Origin: Octopus vulgaris
Lineage: Eukaryota
Length of the DNA stretch: 64,000 nt
NCBI GenBank assembly: GCA_951406725.2
Contig: OX597840.1
Location: forward strand, 12,028,001-12,092,000
Direction: 5' to 3'
Numbering within the stretch: position 1 is the stretch's first letter; the number at the start of each line of letters is the position of its first letter. Both the position numbers and the translations under genes were made by a program. Below are positions 13,443-25,497 of the stretch, one piece after another. Below the pieces are notes generated by a model that saw nothing but the letters and a program-made list of their open reading frames with translations, searched no databases and was not told the origin of the DNA.

Positions 13443-13732
13443 AAGATACATGCAGAGTTAAAACGAAAGTAGACTACATACGTGATAACTTAGGATACTG
13501 CCGGTCAATTAGAAAGGTGCTATTAACCTACTGTGGTGGCTCATGCGGAGTCACTTCAACTTTACCTGTACTCTTCTCTCAAAAGAAACATAAACTGACC
13601 TCGAATTGCAAGTGTTGTCACGGTCAGATAGAGAAAATCAGGGCAGTTTCCTCAGTTTGCGGACCAAACAGAAAACGAACTCAACTGTATTATGCCAAAG
13701 TGTATGATTGTAAGTGCAAGATTTGTCACTGA
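13443..13732 (+). CDS. SCO-spondin-like gene, last coding exon encoding a C-terminal cystine knot (CTCK)
   Basis: Pyrimidine tract+CAG acceptor; DTCRV...YCRS...TYCGGSCG...NCKCCHG...VCG...DCKCKICH-stop, with CxGxC, CxCC and CxC knot motifs. The TSP1-TIL-VWC-CTCK order matches the SCO-spondin C-terminus; orthology is untested. Confidence 0.9.
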
Positions 13733-14101
13733 AGTAAGTATGCCAAAGCGTTTTTATATTCTTTTAATCTTCATCAAGCTCAGGGATGGTGGTGTAAGAA
13801 ACTGACTTTGAAATCATGTGGTCAGGGGTTCAATCCAACGGCATAAACATTGTTGGCTAACATTCAACACAAAAGCTGTTGACCAATACCTTGTGAGTGA
13901 AACTAGTTGACAGAAACTAAAGAAACCCGTCGTAGGTATGTCTGTGTGTGTATGCAAATGAATGACAAGCTTCTTTCAGTTTCCATCAACCAAATCCACT
14001 CACAAGGCTTCTCTCACACAGTTCTGTCTTTTCAGCACGATGTTGTCATCTTTTTTATATCTATGGAGTTTCATTGAGTTTTAGTTTTAAAAGATTAGGT
14101 C

Positions 14102-14952
14102 TGTAGCATAGCTGATATCCTCACTGTTTGAGAGATATATTAGAAATGATCTCGTGGTAGATAACAACCATCTTTGGCTAGTTTGATACTGTTGTTTCCA
14201 CTGCTCTGATTGGTTGGCATTTGGCGCAGTTTGTCTTTTGACTTATTCTGTGCCAGTGTGTAAGCCAACCAATCACAGCCTTCGGATAAGGTCTCGTGAC
14301 ACCGTTTTTCTTATACTTCATTTGAGCCACCTTAACCCTATAAAAAGGTGAAATCAACAGACTATTATTCGTCTTTGGCTCTAGATCTTCTAAGGTCTAG
14401 TCACTGACCACAGAGTACTCCACCATGTTCCAGCAACACCGATCTTAGGCTCCAGTCCTTTTCAGGACTAATCTCTGACCACCAAGCGACTCAGCCATGT
14501 TCCAGTTCTAGCGACATACAGGACATTCTCCATCTCCGTCGCCTTCATCTCGATGTCGTCTTTCTCTGCCACCACCATCACCACGGTCACCCCAAGGACT
14601 GGAACCTAAGACTGGTGTTGCTGGAACATGGTGGAGTGCTCTGTGGTCAGTGACTAGACCTTAGAAGGTCTAGAGCCAAAGACGAATAATAGTCTGTCGA
14701 TCTCGCTTTTTTACAGGGTTAAGGTGGCTCAAATAAAGTATAAGAAAAACAGTGTCACGAGACCTTATCCGAAGGCCATGATTGGTTGGCTTACACACTG
14801 GCGCAGAATAAGTCAAAAGATAAACTGCGCCAAATGCCAACCAATCAGAGCAGTGGACACAACAGGGTCAAACTAGCCAAAGATGGTTGTTGTCTACCAC
14901 GAGATCATTTCTAATATATCTCTCCAACAGTGAGGGGATCAGCTATGCTACA
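14102..14952. mobile_element. Non-autonomous foldback DNA transposon, Ginger-like
   Basis: 359-bp inverted arms (14102-14460 and 14594-14952), TGT...ACA termini, and a 4-bp direct repeat GGTC at 14098-14101 and 14953-14956. Confidence 0.85.
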
Positions 14953-15201
14953 GGTCCATATTCTTAGTATAATGCAAAATAAGGGGGGATTTTTTTTATT
15001 GCTAAAATTGTAATTTTCCTTTAGAGCAAAGGACAAAAATAATGCTTAGTATTAATAATTTTATAATAATTAAATGGTTATGAACCATAATTTCTGTATT
15101 ATCATCATTTCTACTTGTAAATATGACAATCGTTAAAAGAAAATCATTCAAATTTAAAATGAAATTTTTCTATGACAATTTTTTGTTGTTTTGTTTTTCA
15201 G

Positions 15202-15375
15202 ATAAGAAAAAGAAAATGATTTTTGGGGGATAAGAAGAAAACAAATCTCTGATATGTAAAATATTTTAGACTTCATCTTTATTCCTCCAAAATATAATTT
15301 ATCCATTCCACCTCATTTATTGTGATATTTATGTAAGATATTTGACGACAATAAAATATTTATCTTCACTAAATG
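15202..15375 (+). other. Probable non-coding terminal (3'UTR) exon of the SCO-spondin-like gene
   Basis: GTAAGT at 13734, one base after the TGA; strong acceptor TTGTTTTGTTTTTCAG ending 15201; AATAAA at 15350-15355. The 3' end is approximate. Confidence 0.5.
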
Positions 15376-16483
15376 GCTGTGATTATTTCTTCATTTTAGG
15401 GATTAAAATTCAGAATCTGAGAAATCTGGAGATGGTATATGCTAGCCACAGCTTGGACACAAGTGGGTCCAGTAAGCTTAATTGTCACTATAAGTAAACA
15501 AGCTTTAGGATTTCGTTGATCATTGTGGCTGTGTGGTAAGTAGCTTGCTTACCAACCACATGGTTCCGGGTTCAGTCCCACTGTGTGGCACCTTGGGCAA
15601 GTGTCTTCTACTATAGCCTCGGGCCGACCAAAGCCTTGTGAGTGGATTTGGTGGATGGAAACTGAAGGAAGCCTATCACATATATGTATATGTAAATAAA
15701 TAAATGGAGTTTAACACAGGTATAAATCAAATATTTTTACTTTAGACACAAGTTTCGAAGATTTCACTGATATTATTCAAAAGAATAAATGGTATAAAAC
15801 AATGCAATCTTCTCTTCAGGGAAGTGAAAAAACGAATTAATTGTTAACAAGGGAAAAATACACTCATCTATGTATATGTTTGTGTGTCTGTGTTTGTTCC
15901 CCCAACATCATGTTTACGTCCCCATCACTTAGCGGTTCGGCAAGAGAGATCCGATAGAATAAGTACTAGGCTTACAAAGAATAAGTCCTGGGGTCAATTT
16001 GCTCGACTAAAGGCGGTGCTCCAGCATTGCCGCTGTCAAATGACTGAAACAAGTAAAAGAATTAGAAGAAAAGAGTCAGGACAAGAGGGAAAATATGGTC
16101 TTTGGCTAGAATCTCTTCTCTGTAGTTGAATTCCTCAAACTCTTTGTATATTTTTCTACCTCACTGCTGTAAATGAGTATGTAAAGGAAATTAACAATGT
16201 TTACTAAAACATGGCAAAAGTGACACTTACGATACAATTTAATAATTAAGGAATGAATGGGCACAATGTCAATTTGACTCCATTGTATTACTGGTATACT
16301 TAGGGAATAAAATTAATCCAAAGCATTTAGTTCAGTGACTTGTTATATTTGCCAAGGCAATGAAACAAACCAAGTGGGAGAGTCTCTGCACTGGGGATCA
16401 TCTTGTTTCAGTCATTTGACTGTGGCCATGCTGGAGCACCACCTTTAGCCGACAGAAACTGAAAGAAGCCTGTTGTATATATG

Positions 16484-16554
<71 letters not shown>

Positions 16555-17539
16555 ATGTGTATATATATATATATATACACACATACATGTATATGTGTGT
16601 TTGTGTCTGTGTTTGTCCCCCCAACATCGCTTGACAACCGATGGTGGTGTGTTTACATCCCTGTAACTGAGTGGTTCAGCAAAAGACACCAATAGAATAA
16701 GTACCAGGCTTACAAAGAATAAGTCCTGGGGTCAATTTGCTTGACTAAAGGCAGTGCTTCATCATGGCCACAGTCAAATGACTGAAACAAGTAAAAGGAA
16801 AAAAAAACAGATAGCATTTTTATTACAGGTTGAAGAATATATACTGTATATGTTGAGCCACGCTGACTGTTGGACAACCTCACCTCTCATCTGTGATATC
16901 TAATAATTCAGCTTAGAAAACACAGTGTTGCTAATGACTACGTCAGCAGCGCTTCATCCAGAAAGATGAACTTCCTTATCTGAGTGGCATTATCACACCT
17001 GTGTAATCAGAGCACAGATATCGATTTTGGCATTGGTATTGGCTGATATTGAATTGAGTTATCGGATATCGGCACATATCGGATATCGGCACATAATACA
17101 CATATCGGCTCATCCCTAAGAGATGGCTATTCTATCTTGGGAATTGGGTATACAAAGGCTGATATCTTCGATACTTACTGTGAATCACTGATGAAAGTTT
17201 CAACTGGCCAAATGAAAGGTTGCCTTTTTTTGCCATACCAGTTATGTAGCTTGCCTAATTTGCTGGTCAGGACATGACATATCCTTCACACTGTGTCACT
17301 AATATTTTTACCCTCAAGCACAGCATGGTAATTAACCTGAAAATGGATGGATTCTGTTATAACGCTTTACAATCTGCAGGCTAAATGACTGGTAATACAT
17401 TAACACTTTATATTATGAGAACACAAAAAAGCACAGCTACTTTTGACAGTATAGAAAATTTGTCAATCATTCCAAATATATTTAAATTATAAATTAGATG
17501 TAAGGGCTTCGACAATTTTGTTGAACCAATCCTATGACT

Positions 17540-17892
17540 GGCACCCGGCAGATGCCAGGACCCCTGGACTGGTGGTACGTAAAAAGCACTATCCAAATCG
17601 TGGCCGATGCCAGCGCTGCCTCAACTGGCTTCCGTGCCGGTGGCACGTAAAATGCACCAATCCGACCATGGCTGTTGCCAGCCTCGCCTGGCACCTGTGC
17701 GGGTGGCATGTAAAAAGCACCCACTACACTCACAGAGTGGTTGGCGTTAGGAAGGGCATCCAGCTGTAGAAACATTGCCAGATAAGACTGGAGCCTGGTG
17801 CAGCCTTCTGGCTTCCCAGATCCCCGGTCAAACCGTCCAACCCATGCTAGCATGGAGAACAGACGTTAAACGATGATGATGATGATGATGAT
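17540..17892 (+). mobile_element. Retroposon family 4 with an (ATG)n tail and internal ~60-bp subrepeats; others at ~3745-3990, 4750-5075, 24500-24940, 34808-35040, 46420-46908, 52960-53280, 55250-55692
   Basis: Repeated GGTGGCACGTAAAAAGCACC units, then a conserved 3' end GGTTGGCGTTAGGAAGGGCATCCAGC...GGACGTTAAACGATGATGATG; copies are variably 5'-truncated. Confidence 0.85.
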
Positions 17893-18059
17893 GGATTGCC
17901 CCGAGTTTACTCATGCATCGCAAATGTATCTTTTTAGAACCAGACGAGTATACCCAGTCAAAATTAACTTTTAATTTTAGCACTCAAACGAGTTTATTTG
18001 TTTTGTGTCGTTTCATTTTTGAGCAATCATGAATTTACTCACGTTGTTTAAAAAAAAAA

Positions 18060-18699
18060 GTATTTTTTCATTTGATGGATTTGACTATCTGGAATGCTTA
18101 TGTTTTGTATAAAGCATCTTTGGCTGTGAAACTGCTGAAATTTAGAATGCAAATAATCACCAAGATTATTGAAAAATATAGGCCCTTATTGCCTCCCACG
18201 AAACCAAGAAGACCATCATCGATCCCAGATCCAACAAGATTAGCCCCAGCTGGTCACTTTCCCATGGAAATACCACCAAGTGATAAGAAAAAGAACCCTA
18301 CAAGACAGTGTGCAAAATGCACAGAGAAGAGAGACGCTAAAGGAAAGAAGATTTGAAGAGAAAGCAGATACATGTGTGATGTCTGCAAGATAACTTTGCG
18401 TGTAACTCCTTGTTTTAAAAATTATCATTCTAAATAAATTATCTCATTTTTAAAAAATTTTCCTTTGATTTAAAAAATCGAAGATAGTTAAGTTATATGT
18501 ATTTTTTCAATGTCTGAGTTAACTCGTTTAAATCCAAATGAGTAAAAGTACATTTTAATTTCTATAATAAAAAATAAAGGAAACAAGATAAAAAAAACCT
18601 TTTTTTTGTAATTAACACAATGTATATAATTAAAAAAGGAAATTAAAAAATATGCTCTGAAATGAAACTCCATGTTGAAATAATTGATCCATTAAGGGG
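18060..18699 (+). mobile_element. piggyBac transposase 3' remnant with right terminus
   Basis: FFHLMDLTIWNAYVLYK...FRMQII...GHFP...RQCAKC...(stop)RESRYMCDVCKITLRVTPCFKNYH, the C-terminal Cys-rich domain of piggyBac transposases; ends GGG|TTAA at ~18697-18703. Confidence 0.85.
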
Positions 18700-18812
18700 T
18701 TAATGACAGCGATAAATTTGGGTTGGTAACTATAAAAGCCCAGAAAGATGTAACAGGATCTGGTATCGGTATCACTGAAAGGGTGTCGATCCGATCCCAT
18801 CACATACAATTT

Positions 18813-19149
18813 AGTAAGATATAACAGACGAAGTCAGGTTATCGGTGAAAGACAGCAGTTTGTTTATTAATCGTGATAGTGTACGTATCTCTGAAGGGAA
18901 AACGACAGCCGAATCTGTTGTACAGCTTCTTGTTGGTTGGTTGAAGTGGTTCGATGTCGTCCGCAGCTAAGTCGGTGTGGTTATCAGAGACTACCAATGC
19001 ACGTCTGTTCACGATGGCTGAACGGCCAGAGAGAGGATGAATGAGTCTCTGTCCCTTAGGGGGTCCGTTTCCCGCACATGCGCATAGGGAAGACTTCCGG
19101 TGGCCACCCGGAAGTAGTCCCATTCTGCGCATGCACGCTGAACCTTACA
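18813..19149 (-). mobile_element. Possible solo LTR
   Basis: CpG-rich island in AT-rich DNA; the minus strand begins TGTAAG, has AATAAA about 50 bp before its end, and ends in an imperfect CTTAC. No clean TSD seen. Confidence 0.4.
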
Positions 19150-21378
19150 CAGTAGCATCACTACAAAGATATCCCATCATTAAATTACATATGGTGCACA
19201 ACATCAATTTCAGCATCTAGGCTATTTTGTAACAAACGGTGACAACATACAAATAAGATGAAGTTTTGCAAACTGTTTATGCAAATGATGTCCACTTGCC
19301 AGTGAATTTTAACTAATTGCCATTCGTTGACTTGTATTATTCTACCAGTAAAGCAGAACTTGTAAATCACAGTATACAAGCACCATGTTACTTTTTGTGG
19401 TTCCTGCTGAGACCTTAATCAAATAATCTTTTCAACTGAATATTAGGTTAACCCCTTACCCGGCAGAAACGAATATATACGTTTTGACCGAAATCGTTTT
19501 TTTCCATCTCTGGCGAGTTAACTCGTCAAAAGATAGACTCGCCAAAATCGACAGCAAACGAGTTCCTTCGTCTAAAAACGGGTTAACTCGTTTCTGCCCA
19601 ATGCCGTAATTTAAAATCAATATTATTGAATTAAAATTCATAATAAATAAGATTTGAAATATACCTCAAAATCACCATTCAAAACATAGTAAAATAAAAC
19701 AATTAAAAAATATGTCTGAAAAAATACATTTATTTTCAAAATAATTGTTGGGTAATATTTAATTGTTGCTCTTAAATATTAATTACTATACATTCAAAGC
19801 AAACTGAATCTGAGGTTATGAGTACTGAGATGAGCACACGATGATGGGTGTGAGTTTCTTTGGTGTGTGTGTGCGGGATATGGAAACACACACGTGAAGA
19901 ATAAAGGAAGCAATTGTCACATGTAAGGAGACAGATCATTTAGAGAGGGTCTGAGAGGTTATTAATGAACCAACAGGTAAAACCATGGAAATGTAAAATG
20001 TACAACTTACATGTTATTTTGAACCACACCATCACTTAACTCAGCTTCCAAAGCCTCACCATCCTCTTGACTCTCACAAGGGAAATGAAATGTGTCAAGG
20101 AGACTTCTTGTCTCTGAAATGGAGGATGAGGAGTTTGAATTAGCTGCAGTGTAGACTGCAGCATTATCCTCAGCTGGGACAGTTCCTCTTGAATTTTTTC
20201 AATTGGGGTTGAGATGCTCTCTCTTTTGGAAACTGAATTAAGGTGGTGAGCTAGCAGAAACGCTAGCACGCCAGACGAAATGCTTAGCAGTATTTTGTCT
20301 GCCACTACGTTCTGAGTTCAAATTCTGCCGAGGTCAACTTTGCCTTTCATCCTTTCAGGATCGATTAAATAAGTACCAGTTATGCACTAGGGTCAATGTA
20401 ATCGACTTAATCCATGTGTCTGTCCTTGTTTGTCCTCTGTGTTTAGCCCCTTGTGAGTAGTGATCCTGAACTGAAATAGAAAATAGAAAAAAAAAGTAGA
20501 GTAGAGTTACAAAATACTTGCTGAGTATACCTCAGGGCACAATCAATAACAATCTCATTTCCCATTTGCTTTTTGGAATCGGAGAGATCGCTAAACCAAC
20601 ACTCAACTATCTGTGGACTTATATAAGGTCTAGTTTGTTCCTTCTCAAGCCACACCTGGCTCATTAGGGCCAGTTTCTCAGTTTCCTTGGCCTATAGGTC
20701 CATCGCAGGTGAACTGCAAGATGCAGGAGGAAAGAGTGAGAGAAAGTTGTGGTGAAAGAGTCAGCAGAAGTTCGCCATTACCTTCTGCTGGAGATTCATG
20801 GAGCTTAGGTGTTTCACTCATAAACACACACATCGCCCAGTCTGAGATTCGAACCCGCGATCCCTCGACTGCGAGTCCACTACCCTAACCACTAGGCCAT
20901 GTGCCTCCACTATATAAGGTCTAGTATAACACTAATATTTATTTGCCTTTTCTAGATTCCTGTGATTAGGGGTAAGGGTTTCATATTCCAGAAATGGGAA
21001 TTATGATACCTATTTAACAGGGAAGTGGCATCTTGTACCAGTGCCCTTAGAGCTTCTAGAATAGTAAAAGACATCAAAGTTAATATTACAGTGTTATATT
21101 CCTAACACTAATACAAGCAAGTTTTTGTACTTCTTCACCCAAAAGAGAAAACGTCCGACATTGAGACGTCGTGGCTATCTGAAGCTAAAACTTATGATAT
21201 TATAAGAACAAATATCAACGGATATCAACAAATATCAATAGGTGCAGGAGTGGCTGTGTGGTAAGTAGCTTCCTAACCAACCACATGGTTCCGGGTTCAG
21301 TCCCACTGCTATAGCCTCGGGCTGACCAAAGCCTTGTGAGTGGATTTGGTAGATGGAAACTGAAAGAAGCCTGTTGTA

Positions 21379-21425
<47 letters not shown>

Positions 21426-22359
21426 GTGTGTATATGTTTGTGTCTGTGTTTGTCTCTCTAGCATTGCTTGACAACCGATGCTGGTGTGTTTACATCCCCA
21501 TCACTTAGCAGTTCGGCAAAAGAGACCGATAGAATAAGTACTGGGCTTACAAAGAATAAGTCCCGGGGTCGATTTGCTCGACTAAAGGCGGTGCTCCAGC
21601 ATGGCCGCAGTCAAATGACTGAAACAAGTAGAAGAGTAAAAGAGAGAGAGTAAGACCAGTTATGATGAGTTATACAATTTGTTGTTTTTAATTAATCCTT
21701 TTGAAACAAGATAGGTTAAATTGATAAAATTTTTGAAAATGTGTTTTTTTCATTTGACTCTACCTTCATTTACCTGCCAATTATTTCTTAAGCACTGTAA
21801 TTATGTATCAGGGTGAAAGCATACATTTCAAACAAGGCTCTCCATGGAATGACCTCCAAGAGCTGCTTCCAAACACAGGATGTTTTGTTTTTCTGTTTAT
21901 AAATAAATTTGAAACCACTTTCTACAAACTCTAAAATATAGGCGCAGGAGTGGTAAGTAGCTTGTTTACCAACCACATGGTTCCGGGTTCAGTCCCACAG
22001 CATGGCACCTTGGGCAAGTGTCTTCCACTATAGCCTCGGGCCGACCAAAGCCTTGTGAGTGGATTTGGTAGACGGAAACTGAAAGAAGCTGATATTCAGC
22101 CCCACTTCCAATGCAAATAATATATTCAGCAAACATGGGGTGATCCTAGCTGTCAGATATGTTGATAAACCCCAAGACATAAAACGAACATCTAAAAAGG
22201 ATTCACTAATTATACTAATTATTAAAGAACTGTTTGAAATCTGCAGACAGACAATCTGTAGCTCTCCTAATGATATCTAATTCTGTAGAGTTTCATTGAG
22301 AAATTTGAAATATATTTTGAGCTGTGGTAGGTTTATGTTGGTTTATTTCCTCTTTGTTT

Positions 22360-22361
<2 letters not shown>

Positions 22362-22403
<42 letters not shown>

Positions 22404-22645
22404 TGTGTACAGTGCTCAGGTGCACTACAACTCATCTAAAGTGTATATATAATCAGGTGTAGTTTTGGTGGATTTCGGAAAGCACGAGGGCCTTAAAGGA
22501 TGCAGTGTCATGGCAGTCAACAACTGACGCAGGCAGTTTATTCCATGCTTCAGCAACTCTGAGCGTGAAAAAATGTTTCCGAAAGTCATGGGAGCTGTGT
22601 TGTTTTCTGACTTTGTAGGCATGTCCACGTGTGTTAGACACATGG
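22362..22645 (-). mobile_element. CR1/L2-group LINE 3' end
   Basis: TRGHAYKVRKQHSSHDFRKHFFTLRVAEAWNKLPASVV followed by a (TTA)n tail; same family as 39933-40515. Confidence 0.85.
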
Positions 22646-23013
22646 AGATTTTAGGTAAAGGGATAAAAAAATTGAAGTCTGTGTCAATCTTCCAGTTGGA
22701 ATCCCAGGTTCAAAGACTCACACCATGGAAAGCAATTAAAGGCTCACCTCAGAGGAAAATTTAAGCAAGCAATAGGGATCAGAAGCTATAACTCTCTTCA
22801 GAATTATCTATTTTTTGGTGTTTTATGACACTTTCAACAGCGGTGGGTTTACGGGTGGAGGGAAAAGCCCAGACAATCCAGTGTGAACCACTGAGTAGCA
22901 ACAGGCATCCACCAGCCCTCCAGCTGTCAACCATGATAATGTTGTGGTAGCACAGCAATCACCAGGTTAGCATCTCTCCTCAGAAAGACAGCCCTGTTAA
23001 GAATTTTATTTAC

Positions 23014-23134
23014 CTTCTCTTTCTTTTTGATCTCTTGGAATTTGCTCTTTCATCTGCATCACTGGAAGCAGGAGTCTGCAACTATGATTCTACTTTGGCC
23101 ACTTTAAGCTTTCTTTTTACTTTATCATATGTTT
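23014..23134 (-). pseudogene. Inactivated exon resembling transposon-associated DUF4806-type proteins
   Basis: TTCAG acceptor and GTAAAT donor; reads TYDKVKRKLKVAKVES*LQTPASSDADERANSKRSKRKR with one in-frame stop. The family assignment rests on my memory of the motif only. Confidence 0.4.
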
Positions 23135-24082
23135 CTGAATAGAAAACAAAATGGTTTTGAGAAAACAGAGGAGAAAGTTATAAAATTCAAAATAAAGTAA
23201 TAATAAATCTCTGAACGAGATGTAAACAGTAACTGCACGACAATGTAAAGTATACTAGCCATCTCAATATGGCTAACCACTAAGGGTGGGTGTTACTGTA
23301 GCTTGTAGCCCCAGGAGAACATCGTCTCCAGCTGGCTTTAGGCACACTTTCTGTGCCCTTATGGTATTTGCAAAGGGAGGTCATCCCTCTCTCGTAAACC
23401 TAGGTGACACGCACGGACTGCCGTTTCTAGGTATTTGCCTGTCTTCAGCGTATGTCAATCACTGGTTTTCAATGAAGGGATTTACAGAAATTAAGTGATT
23501 TACAGAAATTAAGAGTGATTGTTGCAAAAAAAAATAAATAAAAAAATAATAATAATAATTTAGAAATCAGGGCTTACAAAAAAATGTTTAAGACTGAGGC
23601 CTTTGTGGCATTGGGCCTGGGATCTACATTTGTTTTACCAGTGTAAGGAAAAATCTGTCCTGATAGGCATGTGTTGATGTACCTTCATTTCCCAGGCACA
23701 GATGCAGAGACCAGCTAACCAGGCAACTGGGGTTAAAAGTCACCCTGTATAGCTCAATTTTGCCCTGTCTTTGCAAAAAAGCAAAATTGATGTCACCCTC
23801 TTAAAAGATGAATCTACCTTGAAATAAGGTGAAATTTCATGGAATTTACAAACAATTCCCATATTAAAGAAATTATATGGAAAATATTGACTATTATTGC
23901 AACTATTTTCACACAAAGGCGCAGGAATGGCTGTGTGGTAAGTAGCTTGTTTACCAAACACATGGTTCCGGGTTCAGTCCCACTGCGTGGCACCTTGGGC
24001 AAGTGTTTTCTACTATAGCCTCGGGCCGACCAAAGCCTTGTGAGTGGATTTGGTAGATGGAAACTGAAAGAAGCCCGTCGTA

Positions 24083-24129
<47 letters not shown>

Positions 24130-25049
24130 TTGTGTGTCTGTGTTTGTCCCCTAGCATTGCTTGACAACCGATGCTGGTGTGTTTATGTCCCCCTCACTTA
24201 GCGGTTCAGCAAAAGAGACTGATAGAATAAGTACTGGGCTTACAAAGAATAAGTCCCGGGGTCGATTTGCTCGACTAAAGGCAGTGCTCCAGCATGGCCG
24301 CAGTCAAATGACTGAAACAAGTAAAAGAGTAAGCTAAAATGGAAATTCATTTCAAAATAGCAAATAGTAAACAAACAAAGTTGAAATTGTCTCTGATGCA
24401 GTGAAATTAGGTGACTTACATGAATTACAGAATCAAAAACTGATTTTCCATCCGAGTAATTGTCAAAATAATAATTTTTTTATCTTCAATATTTTATCTA
24501 AATTGTAGTTGTGATACCTGTGCCGGTGGCACATAAAAAGCACCAACTGAATGTGGCCGATGCCAGCACCGCCTTGACTGGTTTCTGTGCTGGTGGCACG
24601 TGACCTGCTGTGCTTGAGGAGACTTACTGAGTCAAGTACATCAACATCAAAATAAATATCAAATGGAAATTGTAGTTGTGATTCCTGTGCTGGTGGCACA
24701 TAAAAAGCACCAACTGATCGTGGCCGTTGCCAGCCTCGCCTGGCACCAGTGCAGGTGGCACGTAAAAAGCACCCACTACGCTCACGGAGTGGTTGGCATT
24801 AGGAAGGGCATCAAGCTGTAGAAACACTGCCAGATCAGACTGGAGCCTGGTGCAGCCTCCTGGCTTCCCAAACCCCGGTCGAACCGTGCAACCCATGCTA
24901 GCATGGAAAACAGATGGTAAACGATGATGATGATGATGGGCTTTCATTAAAACAATACTTCAGCTTAAATCTGAAGTTTTAATTCTCACCTTCTCTCGGA
25001 AAATGAATAAGAAAAACCAGCTGATTGAACTAACTTGAAGGGTACCAGA

Positions 25050-25497
25050 AAATTCTTTCCCATAAATCCCCATATATTCTTAATCCACAGCATCTAACCA
25101 TGATTTCTTAAAAATTTCATTAAAAACTATTAATTTTTCTGGAAATTATGAGGCAACAAAATTCGTGGGGTACACATCCGTAGTTATGCCTACTTCTCCA
25201 CAAATTTCTTTAAATTCGTAATCTCTGCCGTTTGAAAGATATTTGTATAAAATCTCATTAAAAGATATCCATTTTCTTGAAAGTTATGAGGGCAAAAGAG
25301 TCGGATCGTGTGAATTTTCCGAAAATCATCTCCCCACTACTTCGGAAAAATTCTTTCCCTTAAATCCCCATATATTCTTAATCCACAGCATCTAACCATG
25401 ATTTCTTTAAAATTTCATTAAAAACTATTAATTTTTCTGAAAGTTATGAGGCAACAAAGTCGAAGGGGTACGAATCTGTAGTTATGCCAGCTTCTTA
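25050..25497. repeat. Direct repeat of ~145 bp at a period of ~297 bp, with a diverged middle unit
   Basis: AATTCTTTCCC(A/T)TAAATCCCCATATATTCTTAATCCACAGCATCTAACCATGATTTC... occurs at ~25051 and ~25349. Confidence 0.8.

Noticed and set aside
14102-14952. DIRS-type retrotransposon interpretation of the foldback element
   Set aside because: DIRS elements generally make no target-site duplication, whereas this element has a clean 4-bp TSD, TGT/ACA ends and no coding remnant.
17015-17120. Repeated ATATCGG motifs as a regulatory array
   Set aside because: They end in ...GGCTCATCCCTA, which looks like the subterminal repeats and terminus of a hAT-type MITE. No partner end was identified, so it is not listed as a feature.
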